Shown: positions 9,095 through 17,453 of the stretch, piece by piece | Layout: the number at the start of each line of letters is the position of its first letter | Position numbering within the stretch: the first letter of the stretch is position 1 | Source: an uncultured Alphaproteobacteria bacterium | GTDB taxonomy: Bacteria > Pseudomonadota > Alphaproteobacteria > Rhodobacterales > Rhodobacteraceae | Length of the DNA: 64,000 nt | Direction of reading: 5' to 3' | Assembly: GCA_963783595.1 (NCBI GenBank) | Contig: CAWAPA010000014.1 | Span: 21,277 to 85,276, forward strand | Notes under the pieces: model-generated | What the model saw: only the letters and a program-made list of their open reading frames with translations | What the model was told of the DNA's origin: nothing | The model's database searches: none | Position numbers and translations under genes: made by a program

Positions 9095-11123
9095 ATGACG
9101 AACGACGCCCTTGTGATCTTCACCCCCTCCGGCAAACGGGGGCGCTTTGCCATCGGCACGCCCGTGCTGACAGCCGCCCGCCAGCTTGGTGTCGATCTTG
9201 ATAGCGTCTGTGGCGGGCGCGGCATCTGTTCCAAATGTCAGATCACGCCGGGTTATGGTGAATTTGCCAAGCACGGGCTGACGGTGCATGCAAATGCCCT
9301 GTCGGAATGGAACGCGGTTGAGGAACGCTACAAAACCATCCGAGGCCTGATCCCCGGTCGCCGCCTTGGCTGTCAGGCACAGGTGCAGGGCGATGTCGTC
9401 ATCGACGTGCCGCCCGAAAGCCAGGTCCACAAACAGGTGGTCCGCAAACGGGTCGAGGCGCGCAAGATCCACATGGACCCGTCGGTCAAGCTGCACTTCG
9501 TCGAAGTGGCCGAACCCGACATGCACGATCCTTCGGGTGATCTGGAGCGGTTGTCCGATGCCCTGCGCGAACAATGGGGTGTCGAAAGCATCACCATCGA
9601 CCTGCCGGTGCTGACCATGCTGCAACCCACCCTGCGCAAGGGCGCATGGCAGGTCACCGTCGCCCTGCATCAGGTCGCCCCCACCGATACCCCCCGCATC
9701 ATGCACCTGTGGCCCGGCCTTTACGAAGGCTCCATCTACGGCGTCGCGGTCGATCTGGGGTCGACCACCATCGCGGGGCATCTTTGCGATCTGCGGTCTG
9801 GCGAAGTCATCGCCTCATCGGGCCTGATGAACCCGCAAATCCGCTTTGGCGAAGATTTGATGAGCCGCGTCAGCTATTCCATGATGAACCCGACCGGCGC
9901 CGCCGACATGACCGCCGCCGTGCGCACCGCGATGAACACGCTCTTTGGCCAGTTGTGCGAAGAGGCGGGCGTCGAACGCGGCCTGATCATGGATTCGGTC
10001 TTTGTCTGCAACCCGGTCATGCACCATCTGTTTCTTGGGATTGACCCCTACGAACTGGGTCAGGCCCCCTTTGCACTGGCCACATCGAACTCCCTGCGCC
10101 TGACGGCCCGCGATCTTGACCTTGATCTGCATCCCGCCGCCCGCGTCTATATCCTGCCCTGCATCGCGGGTCATGTGGGGGCCGATGCCGCCGCCGTGGC
10201 CTTGTCCGAGGCGCCGGACAAATCGCCCGATCTGATGCTGGTCGTGGATGTCGGCACCAACGCCGAAATCCTGCTGGGCAACACGACCAAGGTGCTCGCC
10301 TGTTCCTCGCCCACCGGTCCCGCGTTTGAAGGCGCGCAGATCAGTCTCCGGCCAACGCGCCGCCCCCGGCGCCATCGAACGGGTTGAGATTGACCCCACC
10401 ACCAAAGAACCCCGCTTCAAGGTGATCGGGTCTGACCTGTGGTCCGACGATCCGGCGTTTGAAGCCGCCACTGCGGCGACGGGCATCACCGGCATCTGCG
10501 GATCAGGCATCATCGAAATGGTGGCCGAAATGCGCATGGCGGGGCTGGTCGATGCCGCAGGCCTGATCGGGTCGCCCGAACAGACCGGCACCACCCGCAT
10601 TTTTGAAGACGGCCGCACGCATTCCTACCTTGTGCATGACGGCACCGCCAAAGGCGGCCCCAAGATCACCGTCACCAACCGCGATATCCGCGAAATCCAG
10701 ATGGCCAAGGCCGCGCTCTATTCCGGCGCGCGCCTGCTGATGGACAAATTCGGGGTGGACCGCGTCGACCGTATCATCCTTGCAGGGGCGTTCGGCGCCC
10801 ATATCAGCCCGAAACACGCGATGGTTCTGGGCATGATCCCCGACGCCCCGCTTGACCGCGTCACATCCGCAGGCAACGCCGCAGGTACCGGCGCGCGCAT
10901 CGCCCTTCTGAACCGCGCCGCACGGGGTGAAATCGAGGCGACCGTGCGCAACATCCTGAAAATCGAAACCGCGATTGAGCCGCGCTTTCAGGAACATTTC
11001 GTCAATGCCAGCGCCATCCCGAACGCCGTGGAACCCTTCCCCGAACTGATGTCGATCCTGACCCTGCCCGACGTCAGCTTTAACCAGCAAGGCGGCGATC
11101 GGGCGCGGCGCAGACGCGGCTAG
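9095..11123 (+). pseudogene. 2Fe-2S ferredoxin + ASKHA (DUF4445) corrinoid reductive-activation protein (RACo/RamA-like), frame-disrupted near 10340-10350
   Basis: AGGAG lies 7 nt before the ATG at 9095. N-terminal plant-type ferredoxin motif (CGGRGICSKCQI). The ASKHA body continues in ORF 10248..11123, which is offset by +1. Confidence 0.75.
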
Positions 11124-11244
11124 GACAAAGGGCGCGCCTTCATTCCAGGCACGGCAGGCATGCGGCCGATACATCCCACACAGCAACGCCCAACCATCAC
11201 CTCCGGGGGGTGACAACACCAACACCCACCACTATGTTGCGCGC

Positions 11245-11781
11245 ATGGATGATCCGGTCGCCACATTGCTTACACGCATTTCTGCGCAAGACCGCGCGGC
11301 CTTCCACGATATATACAATTCGACCTCTGCGAAACTAATGGGCGTTCTCCTCCGTATCCTTGGTAATCGCGCTGAATCGGAGGATGCGTTGCAAGAGGTG
11401 TATACACGGGTTTGGCTACGGGCGGGGCGCTTTGATGCGACCAAGGGCCGTGGCATGACATGGCTTATCGCCATGACCCGCAACCTTGCAATCGACCGCA
11501 TCCGCGCCCGCCGTGATGTCACCGCCGAAGACGGCGCTGTCGAGGCGATGGTTGACCGTGGCCCCAATGCCGAAGGTCAGGCGATTGCCATGGGCGAGGC
11601 GCGCCGCGTGCAGGATTGCTTTGCCACGCTGGAACCCGACCGGGCCGAGGCCGTGCGCCGTGCCTATCTTGACGGGCAGTCTTACCAAGAACTGGCCGAC
11701 CGTTACGCCGTGCCCATCAATACCATGCGCACTTGGCTGCGCCGCAGCCTGCTGCGCCTGCGGGAGTGTCTGGACACATGA
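11245..11781 (+). CDS. ECF (sigma-70 family) RNA polymerase sigma factor
   Basis: 178 aa with region 2 (ESEDALQEVYTRVW) and region 4 (SYQELADRYAVPINTMRTWLRRSL) motifs. Confidence 0.85.
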   Translation: MDDPVATLLTRISAQDRAAFHDIYNSTSAKLMGVLLRILGNRAESEDALQEVYTRVWLRAGRFDATKGRGMTWLIAMTRNLAIDRIRARRDVTAEDGAVEAMVDRGPNAEGQAIAMGEARRVQDCFATLEPDRAEAVRRAYLDGQSYQELADRYAVPINTMRTWLRRSLLRLRECLDT

Positions 11782-12432
11782 CCGACGCACCCCTCACCCC
11801 GCGTGAAGAAGACGATGCCTTCGCCGCTGAATACGTGCTCGGCGTGCTTGATGCCGCCGACCGCGCCCGCGCCGAAGACCGGATCAAACATGAACCCGTG
11901 TTTGCCGCAGATGTTGCCGCGTGGGAACAGCGCCTGTCGGGGCTGAACGACGCCTATGACGATGCCCCTGCCCCCGATCTGCTGCCACGGATCGAGGCGC
12001 GCCTGTTCCCCGTGGCCGCAAAACCGCAACGGTCATGGTTCGGCTGGCTTGCCGGCGCTGCAACGGCGGCGGCCTTCATGCTCGCGGCCTTCCTTGTGCT
12101 ATCCGGTCCCGGCGCCCCAGAACTGACCGCCACCCTGTCGGGCGAAGGTCAGCCTCTTGTGATTGCCGCCAGCTATAGCGACGGCATCCTTTCGATCAAC
12201 CAATCGGCAGGCCCCGCCGCCGATAGCCGGTTCGGTCTATGAACTCTGGCTGATTGACGGCGACAACGCCCCGGTATCGCTTGGCCTGATCGAGGCGCAA
12301 TCGCTCGAACGCGACATTGGCACGCTGCCCGAAGGCGCCGTGTTGGCCATTAGCCTTGAACCGGCAGGTGGATCGACCACAGGCGCCCCCACCGGTCCGG
12401 TTCTGGTCACAGGTGTTGTGCAAAAGTCCTGA
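11778..12432 (+). pseudogene. anti-sigma factor (RskA-like: N-terminal zinc-finger-type anti-sigma domain, TM helix, C-terminal RskA domain), frame-disrupted near 12220-12230
   Basis: ATGA overlap with the sigma gene. One TM helix (WLAGAATAAAFMLAAFLVL). The C-terminal domain (YELWLIDGDNAPVSLG...ISLEPAGGS) lies in the +1 frame. Confidence 0.7.
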
Positions 12433-12475
12433 TCTGGCCCTGCGCGCGCTGCGTTTGTCATCCGTCAGGAACCCT

Positions 12476-12570
12476 CACACAATGTTTCAAAAGTATTAAC
12501 AAAGCCCTGTGGATAACTTATCAAGTTATTGTTATTGCTATATAATTCCGAAAATTGACAGCCGTCAATT
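12476..12570 (+). repeat. AT-rich intergenic repeat, copy 1 of 3
   Basis: Blocks: AATGTTTCA (12481-89), TTAAC (12496-500), TGTGGATAA (12508-16), TATAAT (12541-46), TTGACAGCCGTCAA (12555-68). Matches the copies at 25483 and 50281. Confidence 0.85.
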
Positions 12571-12631
12571 CTGACCTCTCCTGCCTCATCCCCGCGCAGT
12601 GCCATAAAAAACCGCGAAAACCACGACGCGC

Positions 12632-12657
12632 TGAAACTATCGCCGTTTCCCCCCGTT
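12632..12657 (+). promoter_or_regulatory. possible ECF-type promoter (TGAAAC-N16-CGTT) for the fasciclin gene
   Basis: TGAAAC at 12632-37 and CGTT at 12654-57, about 55 nt upstream of the ATG at 12711. Motif match only. Confidence 0.25.
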
Positions 12658-12710
12658 GCTTCTCATGTGAGACGGGACAGGCCCGCCACCTACCTCTTGG
12701 GAGACGACAC

Positions 12711-13256
12711 ATGAAATTCCTTGCAGCAACTGCCTCCATCCTCGCGTTGTCCACGACCCTTGCCTTCGCCGAAAACCCCGAAGTTGGCGGCGCAGCCATG
12801 TTCGAAGACAAGAACATCGTCGAAAACGCCGTGAACTCGGCTGATCACACCACGCTGGTCGCTGCCGTGACCGCAGCCGGTCTGGCCGAAACGCTGATGG
12901 GCGAAGGTCCGTTCACCGTCTTCGCGCCCACCAATGACGCCTTCGCCAAGCTGCCCGCTGGCACCGTCGAAACCCTGCTTCTGCCCGAAAACAAGGACAC
13001 GCTGGTCAAGATCCTGACCTGCCACGTCGTTGGCAAAGCGGTTCTCGCCGAAGCTCTGCAAGGCATGATCGCCGATGATGGCGGCAAGCACCCCGTCCCG
13101 ACACTGGGCGGCTGCACCCTGCAGGCAACCTATGCCGACGGCAAGATGATGCTGACGGACGAGGCCGGCAACGTGGCCAACGTCACCATCGCCGACGTGA
13201 TCCAATCGAACGGCGTCATCCATGTCATCGACACGGTCATGCTGCCAGCCAGCTGA
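12711..13256 (+). CDS. secreted fasciclin (FAS1) domain protein
   Basis: Signal peptide MKFLAATASILALSTTLAFA. FAS1 motifs TVFAPTNDAF and NGVIHVIDTVMLP. Confidence 0.85.
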   Translation: MKFLAATASILALSTTLAFAENPEVGGAAMFEDKNIVENAVNSADHTTLVAAVTAAGLAETLMGEGPFTVFAPTNDAFAKLPAGTVETLLLPENKDTLVKILTCHVVGKAVLAEALQGMIADDGGKHPVPTLGGCTLQATYADGKMMLTDEAGNVANVTIADVIQSNGVIHVIDTVMLPAS

Positions 13257-13354
13257 TCGTAGCAGGTAGGGTTGCAGCGGCGGCTGGACGGTCACACCCA
13301 ACCGTCGCTGCAATCTTGCTGCCCCGGCGCTTATGTCCCCAAGCCGGGGTAGAA

Positions 13355-13387
13355 GGACCCTCCATTGTTGGGGGGTCCGTTCTTTTT
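13355..13387 (+). terminator. intrinsic terminator after the fasciclin gene
   Basis: GGACCC (13355-60) pairs with GGGTCC (13373-78), followed by TTCTTTTT. Confidence 0.6.
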
Positions 13388-13459
13388 GACGTTTTGCTTG
13401 CCCGGTTTGCGGGGCGCAGCTAACCTCGCGGCATTAAAGTTTTCGATTTGGAGAATCCG

Positions 13460-15097
13460 ATGTCCCGTATTGCCATGGCACTCTGTGTCCTGACCGCGTT
13501 GTTCTTCCCGCTTTCCACCCTTGCGCAAGGCCGCTCCATCATTGTGCTGGATGGTTCCGGCTCGATGTGGGGCCAGATTGATGGCCGCGCCAAACTCGAA
13601 ATCGCGCGCGAGGCGTTGTCCGAGGTGCTGCAAGGCGTGCCCGCCGAAACCGAACTGGGCCTGATCGCGTATGGACACCGCACGCAAGGCGCGTGCGACG
13701 ATATCGAACTGATCGTGCCCCCCGCACCCGGCACCGCTGCCGCGATCAGCGACGCTGCGCAAAACCTGCAATTCGTGGGCAAAACCCCCCTGACCGAAGC
13801 TGTGCGCCAAGCCGCGGCCGAACTGCGCAGCAGCGAGGAAAAGGCCACCGTCATCCTGATTACCGACGGGATCGAAACCTGCGATGCCGACCCCTGTGCC
13901 CTGGGGGCCGAGCTTGAAGCGACCGGCGTCGATTTCACCGCACATGTCGTGGGCTTTGGCCTTTCCGCCGAGGATGGCGCCAAGGTTGCCTGTCTCGCCG
14001 ACAATACGGGCGGGCTGTATATTCAGGCGTCCGATGCGGGCACTTTGCGCGATGCGCTGCAAACGACCGTCGTCGTGGCCGAACCAGAACCTGCGCCCGA
14101 ACCCGAACCCGTGCCAGAGCCTGCACCCGCCGCCCTCGCCTACAACTTTTCACCCAAGATGACGCTGTCTGCGGGCGGCGAACTGGTGCCCAATGTCGGC
14201 CAGTCATGGAAATTGTCTGATGCCGCAACGGGCGAAGGCGTGCTGACCGATTATGGCTTGCCCGAAATCACCGTGCCACCGGGCACCTACAAGGTGGTCG
14301 CACAAATCGGTCAGGCCATCGTCGAACAAACGGTCACCATCACTGCAGACGAACTTGCTGCCCCGGTCTTCGTGATGAACGCAGGCACTATCCTCGTTCG
14401 TCCGCGCGGGTCCGAAGGCGGCCCGATCGAGGAATCGGCAGGCGTGAACTTCACCAATGCGTCTGGCCTGAACACAACCGAATACGGCGAAACCGAAATC
14501 GTCCTGCCCGCTGGTGATGTGAACATCGCCGTCAGGCTTGGCGAGGCAAGTGTCGAACAACCCGTCGATCTCGCCCCCGGCCAAAGGCTGGAATTCGATA
14601 TCATCGCAGGCGCAGGTCTTGCTGTGGTTGATGCCTACTACGTCGAGGGTGTCATCATGGACTCAACCGAGCACAGTGTGGAAATCGCCGAAGCAAAGAC
14701 TGCGCTGGATGGCTCGCGCAGAAGCATCACAACGGCCTACGGTCCGGGCGAGCAATTCACCCTGCCCCCCGGCGATTATGTGGCGATCGTCACACAGGGC
14801 ATCGCCAGCGCCGAAACGCCATTCACGGTCAAGGTCGGCGAACGGGTCGATGTGCCGGTGATCCTGAATGCAGGCGTGCTTTATGTCACAGCGCCCGGCG
14901 CCTACTCGATCGAGGTGTTGGATGGAAAAGTTGACCTTGCGGGCAACCGGAAATCTCGGACTTTCGAATACAACGAAGTTCTCACGCTGATTGCCCCCGG
15001 TGGCGAATACCAGATCATCGCCACGCGCAACGAGGTGCCGACCGAGGCCACCGCCACCGTGACCCCCGGCGAACGCGTCGAAATCACCGTGCCATAA
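13460..15097 (+). CDS. secreted von Willebrand factor A (VWA) domain protein, paralogue 1
   Basis: GGAGA SD before the ATG at 13460, then a signal peptide. VWA MIDAS motif (VLDGSGSMW). The C-terminal half has about 4 internal repeats carrying the motif PPG.Y. Confidence 0.8.
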   Translation: MSRIAMALCVLTALFFPLSTLAQGRSIIVLDGSGSMWGQIDGRAKLEIAREALSEVLQGVPAETELGLIAYGHRTQGACDDIELIVPPAPGTAAAISDAAQNLQFVGKTPLTEAVRQAAAELRSSEEKATVILITDGIETCDADPCALGAELEATGVDFTAHVVGFGLSAEDGAKVACLADNTGGLYIQASDAGTLRDALQTTVVVAEPEPAPEPEPVPEPAPAALAYNFSPKMTLSAGGELVPNVGQSWKLSDAATGEGVLTDYGLPEITVPPGTYKVVAQIGQAIVEQTVTITADELAAPVFVMNAGTILVRPRGSEGGPIEESAGVNFTNASGLNTTEYGETEIVLPAGDVNIAVRLGEASVEQPVDLAPGQRLEFDIIAGAGLAVVDAYYVEGVIMDSTEHSVEIAEAKTALDGSRRSITTAYGPGEQFTLPPGDYVAIVTQGIASAETPFTVKVGERVDVPVILNAGVLYVTAPGAYSIEVLDGKVDLAGNRKSRTFEYNEVLTLIAPGGEYQIIATRNEVPTEATATVTPGERVEITVP

Positions 15098-15100
15098 GCG

Positions 15101-16957
15101 GTGTCAGAAACCTTGCTGGCGCGGGGTGCCAAGCCTCGCGCCAGCGTCCGTGACCCGGTCAGGGGGGCATCGTTGATCCGCATCTTCGCCACACTCTGCC
15201 TCTTGGCCGCAATGCTGGCGCCCCGCCCAGTGGTGGCAGACGGGGCGGCAATCATCGTGCTGGATGCGTCCGGCTCGATGTGGGACGAGGTTGACGGGCG
15301 GCCAAAGCTGGAAATCGCGCGGGCGGCTTTGGGCGATGTATTGCGCGCCCTGCCCGCCGACGCGTCACTTGGCCTGCTTGCCTACGGGCACCGCGTCAAG
15401 GGCGATTGCAATGACATCGAACTGCTGGTCCCCCCCGCCACGGGTCGCGCCGCCGCCATCAGCGGCATTGCTGATCACCTGCGATTTCTTGGCAAGACAC
15501 CATTGACCGAGGCCGTGCGACAGGCTGCCGCCGTGCTGGACAGCCGATCACAAAAGGCAACCGTGATCCTGATCACCGACGGGATCGAAAACTGCAGCGG
15601 CGATCCGTGCGCGCTTGGCACCGAGTTGGAAGATAGCGGTGCCGATTTCACCGCGCATGTGATCGGCTTCGGCCTGACAGCAGATGAAGGCGCGCAGGTC
15701 GCCTGTCTTGCGCAGAATACTGGCGGTCAATACCTTGCGGCCGAAGATGCCAGCAGCCTTGGCGCGGCCTTGCGCGCGACCGTCCTGGCAGGCGATCCGA
15801 CAACGCCCCCAACACCAGAGCCAACACCAGAGCCTACCCCGGCCCCCGACCCAACACCCCAACCCGAACCGACGCCAGCGCCTGATCCTGCCCCTTCGCC
15901 GGTCCCGACGCCACCCCCCGCACCCGCGCCTGTCCCGGAACCCGCCCCCACACCAGAACCTGCACCCACCCCTGCCCCGGTTGCGAACTTTGCGCCACAG
16001 GTCGTGCTGGTGGCTGGGCAGACCCCTCTTGGCAATGATGTCGCACGCAGCTTTCGGCTGACCCCGCAAAACCCGGATGGCACCGCCGCAACGCTCACCC
16101 TGACGCCCGCCGATCTGGCCCAGACCCATGTCCCGCCCGGCAACTACCGTCTGGAAACCACGCTTGGTGCGCTGCTGGTCAGCCAAGACATCGCCATCCC
16201 TGCAACCGGGCTGGCCGAACCCATCGTGGTGCTGAACGCGGCCCATGTGATCCTGTCCCCGAAAATCGGGGCCGATGCCGGGGTAGAACCCGACGCCGTG
16301 TTGCAACTCGATGCGCCAGGCGGTGTTTCGGTCACAATGGCCGGGCGCGTCGACACGTATCTTCCGCCGGGTGACACGCAGGTGACCGCCCAGCTCGATG
16401 CCGTTACTGCCACCCAGACCCTGACCCTGCGCGCAGGTGAAACGCTCACACAAGACATCTTTATCAGCGCCGCTGTGATTGCGCCGGTGGTCACATATGT
16501 GCCCGCAATGCCGGTCAATGACCCCGACCTTCTGATCGAAATCATGGATGCCCGCCGCAATGTGGATGGCTCTTATCGCGTGATCAGCACCGGCACCGGA
16601 CCCGCGCATGAATTTCACCTGCCCGCAGGCGATTATGTGGCAGTGACCACGCTGGGACTTGCACGTGTGGAATCCCCGTTCAGCGTTGCCCTGATCCAGC
16701 GGATCGAACTGCCGATCACGCTTGACGCCGGTGTGCTGTCGGTATCGGCCCCCGGCGCACAGACGATCAGAATACTGACACCGCCCGATATCGCGGGCAA
16801 TGCGGTCGTGCTTGGCAGTTTTGATCTTGCGCGCGTGCTTCATACGATGCCCGCCGGGGACTATCTGGCCCAAGCCACCTTTGGCGACCAGACCACACGC
16901 GCACCCTTCACCATCACCCCCGGCGCGCGCACCGAAGTCACGCTTGCACCGCCCTGA
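15101..16957 (+). CDS. secreted VWA domain protein, paralogue 2, with a long Pro-rich linker
   Basis: GTG start 4 nt after paralogue 1. Same VWA core (VLDASGSMW). The PTPEPTPEP... linker is encoded at about 15794-15980. Same repeated C-terminal modules. Confidence 0.75.
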   Translation: MSETLLARGAKPRASVRDPVRGASLIRIFATLCLLAAMLAPRPVVADGAAIIVLDASGSMWDEVDGRPKLEIARAALGDVLRALPADASLGLLAYGHRVKGDCNDIELLVPPATGRAAAISGIADHLRFLGKTPLTEAVRQAAAVLDSRSQKATVILITDGIENCSGDPCALGTELEDSGADFTAHVIGFGLTADEGAQVACLAQNTGGQYLAAEDASSLGAALRATVLAGDPTTPPTPEPTPEPTPAPDPTPQPEPTPAPDPAPSPVPTPPPAPAPVPEPAPTPEPAPTPAPVANFAPQVVLVAGQTPLGNDVARSFRLTPQNPDGTAATLTLTPADLAQTHVPPGNYRLETTLGALLVSQDIAIPATGLAEPIVVLNAAHVILSPKIGADAGVEPDAVLQLDAPGGVSVTMAGRVDTYLPPGDTQVTAQLDAVTATQTLTLRAGETLTQDIFISAAVIAPVVTYVPAMPVNDPDLLIEIMDARRNVDGSYRVISTGTGPAHEFHLPAGDYVAVTTLGLARVESPFSVALIQRIELPITLDAGVLSVSAPGAQTIRILTPPDIAGNAVVLGSFDLARVLHTMPAGDYLAQATFGDQTTRAPFTITPGARTEVTLAPP

Positions 16958-17013
16958 CCATCCACGCCCGGCCCTTGACGAAACACGGCCCTTGGCATAC
17001 GTGAAAACCCATC

Positions 17014-17087
17014 GCGGGTGTAGCTCAATGGTAGAGCAGCAGCTTCCCAAGCTGAATACGAGGGTTCGATTCCCTTCACCCGCTCCA
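17014..17087 (+). tRNA. tRNA-Gly (anticodon CCC)
   Basis: Cloverleaf read by eye. Acceptor stem GCGGGTG/CACCCGC, D arm GCTC-AATGGTA-GAGC, anticodon loop TTCCCAA, T arm GAGGG-TTCGATT-CCCTT, encoded CCA. Confidence 0.9.
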
Positions 17088-17145
17088 ATCCCGTGCTAGA
17101 CTGTTGCAAGGCGCAAGATCGCGCTGCCACATACGGGAGATCAAG

Positions 17146-17385
17146 ATGAAAAAAACTGCCCTTGCATTCACCCTCAGCCTGGTGCTGACCGCACCGGCTT
17201 TTGCAGGAAATTGCCCAGTGCTGATGGGTCAGTTCGAAGAGGCGCTGTCCGCCAGCACTGCTGATGATGCGACCAAGGCATCTGCAACGGCGCTGTATGA
17301 AACGGGCAAGGCCGCCCACGACAGCGGCGATCACGCGGCATCCATCGCCGCCCTGGAAGAGGCGCTGGCTCTGCTGGAGTCCTGA
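17146..17385 (+). CDS. small secreted helical protein, unknown function
   Basis: GGGAGA SD. Signal peptide MKKTALAFTLSLVLTAPAFA. 79 aa. Confidence 0.55.
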   Translation: MKKTALAFTLSLVLTAPAFAGNCPVLMGQFEEALSASTADDATKASATALYETGKAAHDSGDHAASIAALEEALALLES

Positions 17386-17402
17386 TCAGGAACGCTTCCG
17401 TT

Positions 17403-17430
17403 CGCCACCGCATCACGATATGCGGTGGCG
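17403..17430 (+). terminator. 11-bp GC-rich hairpin (terminator-like, no T tract)
   Basis: CGCCACCGCAT (17403-13) pairs with ATGCGGTGGCG (17420-30). Confidence 0.35.
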
Positions 17431-17453
17431 ACACCAAAGAACGGAGAGCACCC

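Noticed and set aside
8195-11123. A genuine membrane-anchor + ferredoxin + ASKHA fusion protein.
   Set aside because: The linker translation looks non-coding. The ferredoxin part has its own AGGAG SD and ATG, and a canonical N-terminus. A lost stop codon is more likely. This is kept as a finding to check.
12481-12489. TGTTTCA in the repeat resembles one half of the parS consensus TGTTTCACGTGAAACA.
   Set aside because: Only a half-site is present in all three copies, and the adjoining bases do not complete the palindrome in either orientation.
12482-12499. Apparent conserved mini-ORF or C-terminal peptide in the repeat: ATG TTT CA(G/A) nnn nnn TAA, giving MFQKY*, MFQNS* and MFQTR*, with an upstream DHE in copies 2 and 3.
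   Set aside because: In copy 3 the frame is closed by TGA 16 codons upstream with no start. In copy 1 the frame overlaps the anti-sigma gene out of frame. No SD is present. The similarity is nucleotide conservation, not a shared coding frame.
15794-15980. Short-period repetitive DNA (CCnGAnCCn units) that could be mistaken for a tandem repeat or an array.
   Set aside because: It is in frame inside the VWA paralogue 2 gene and encodes a PTPEP/PAPDP linker. There is no repeat-spacer organisation, so it is not a CRISPR array.
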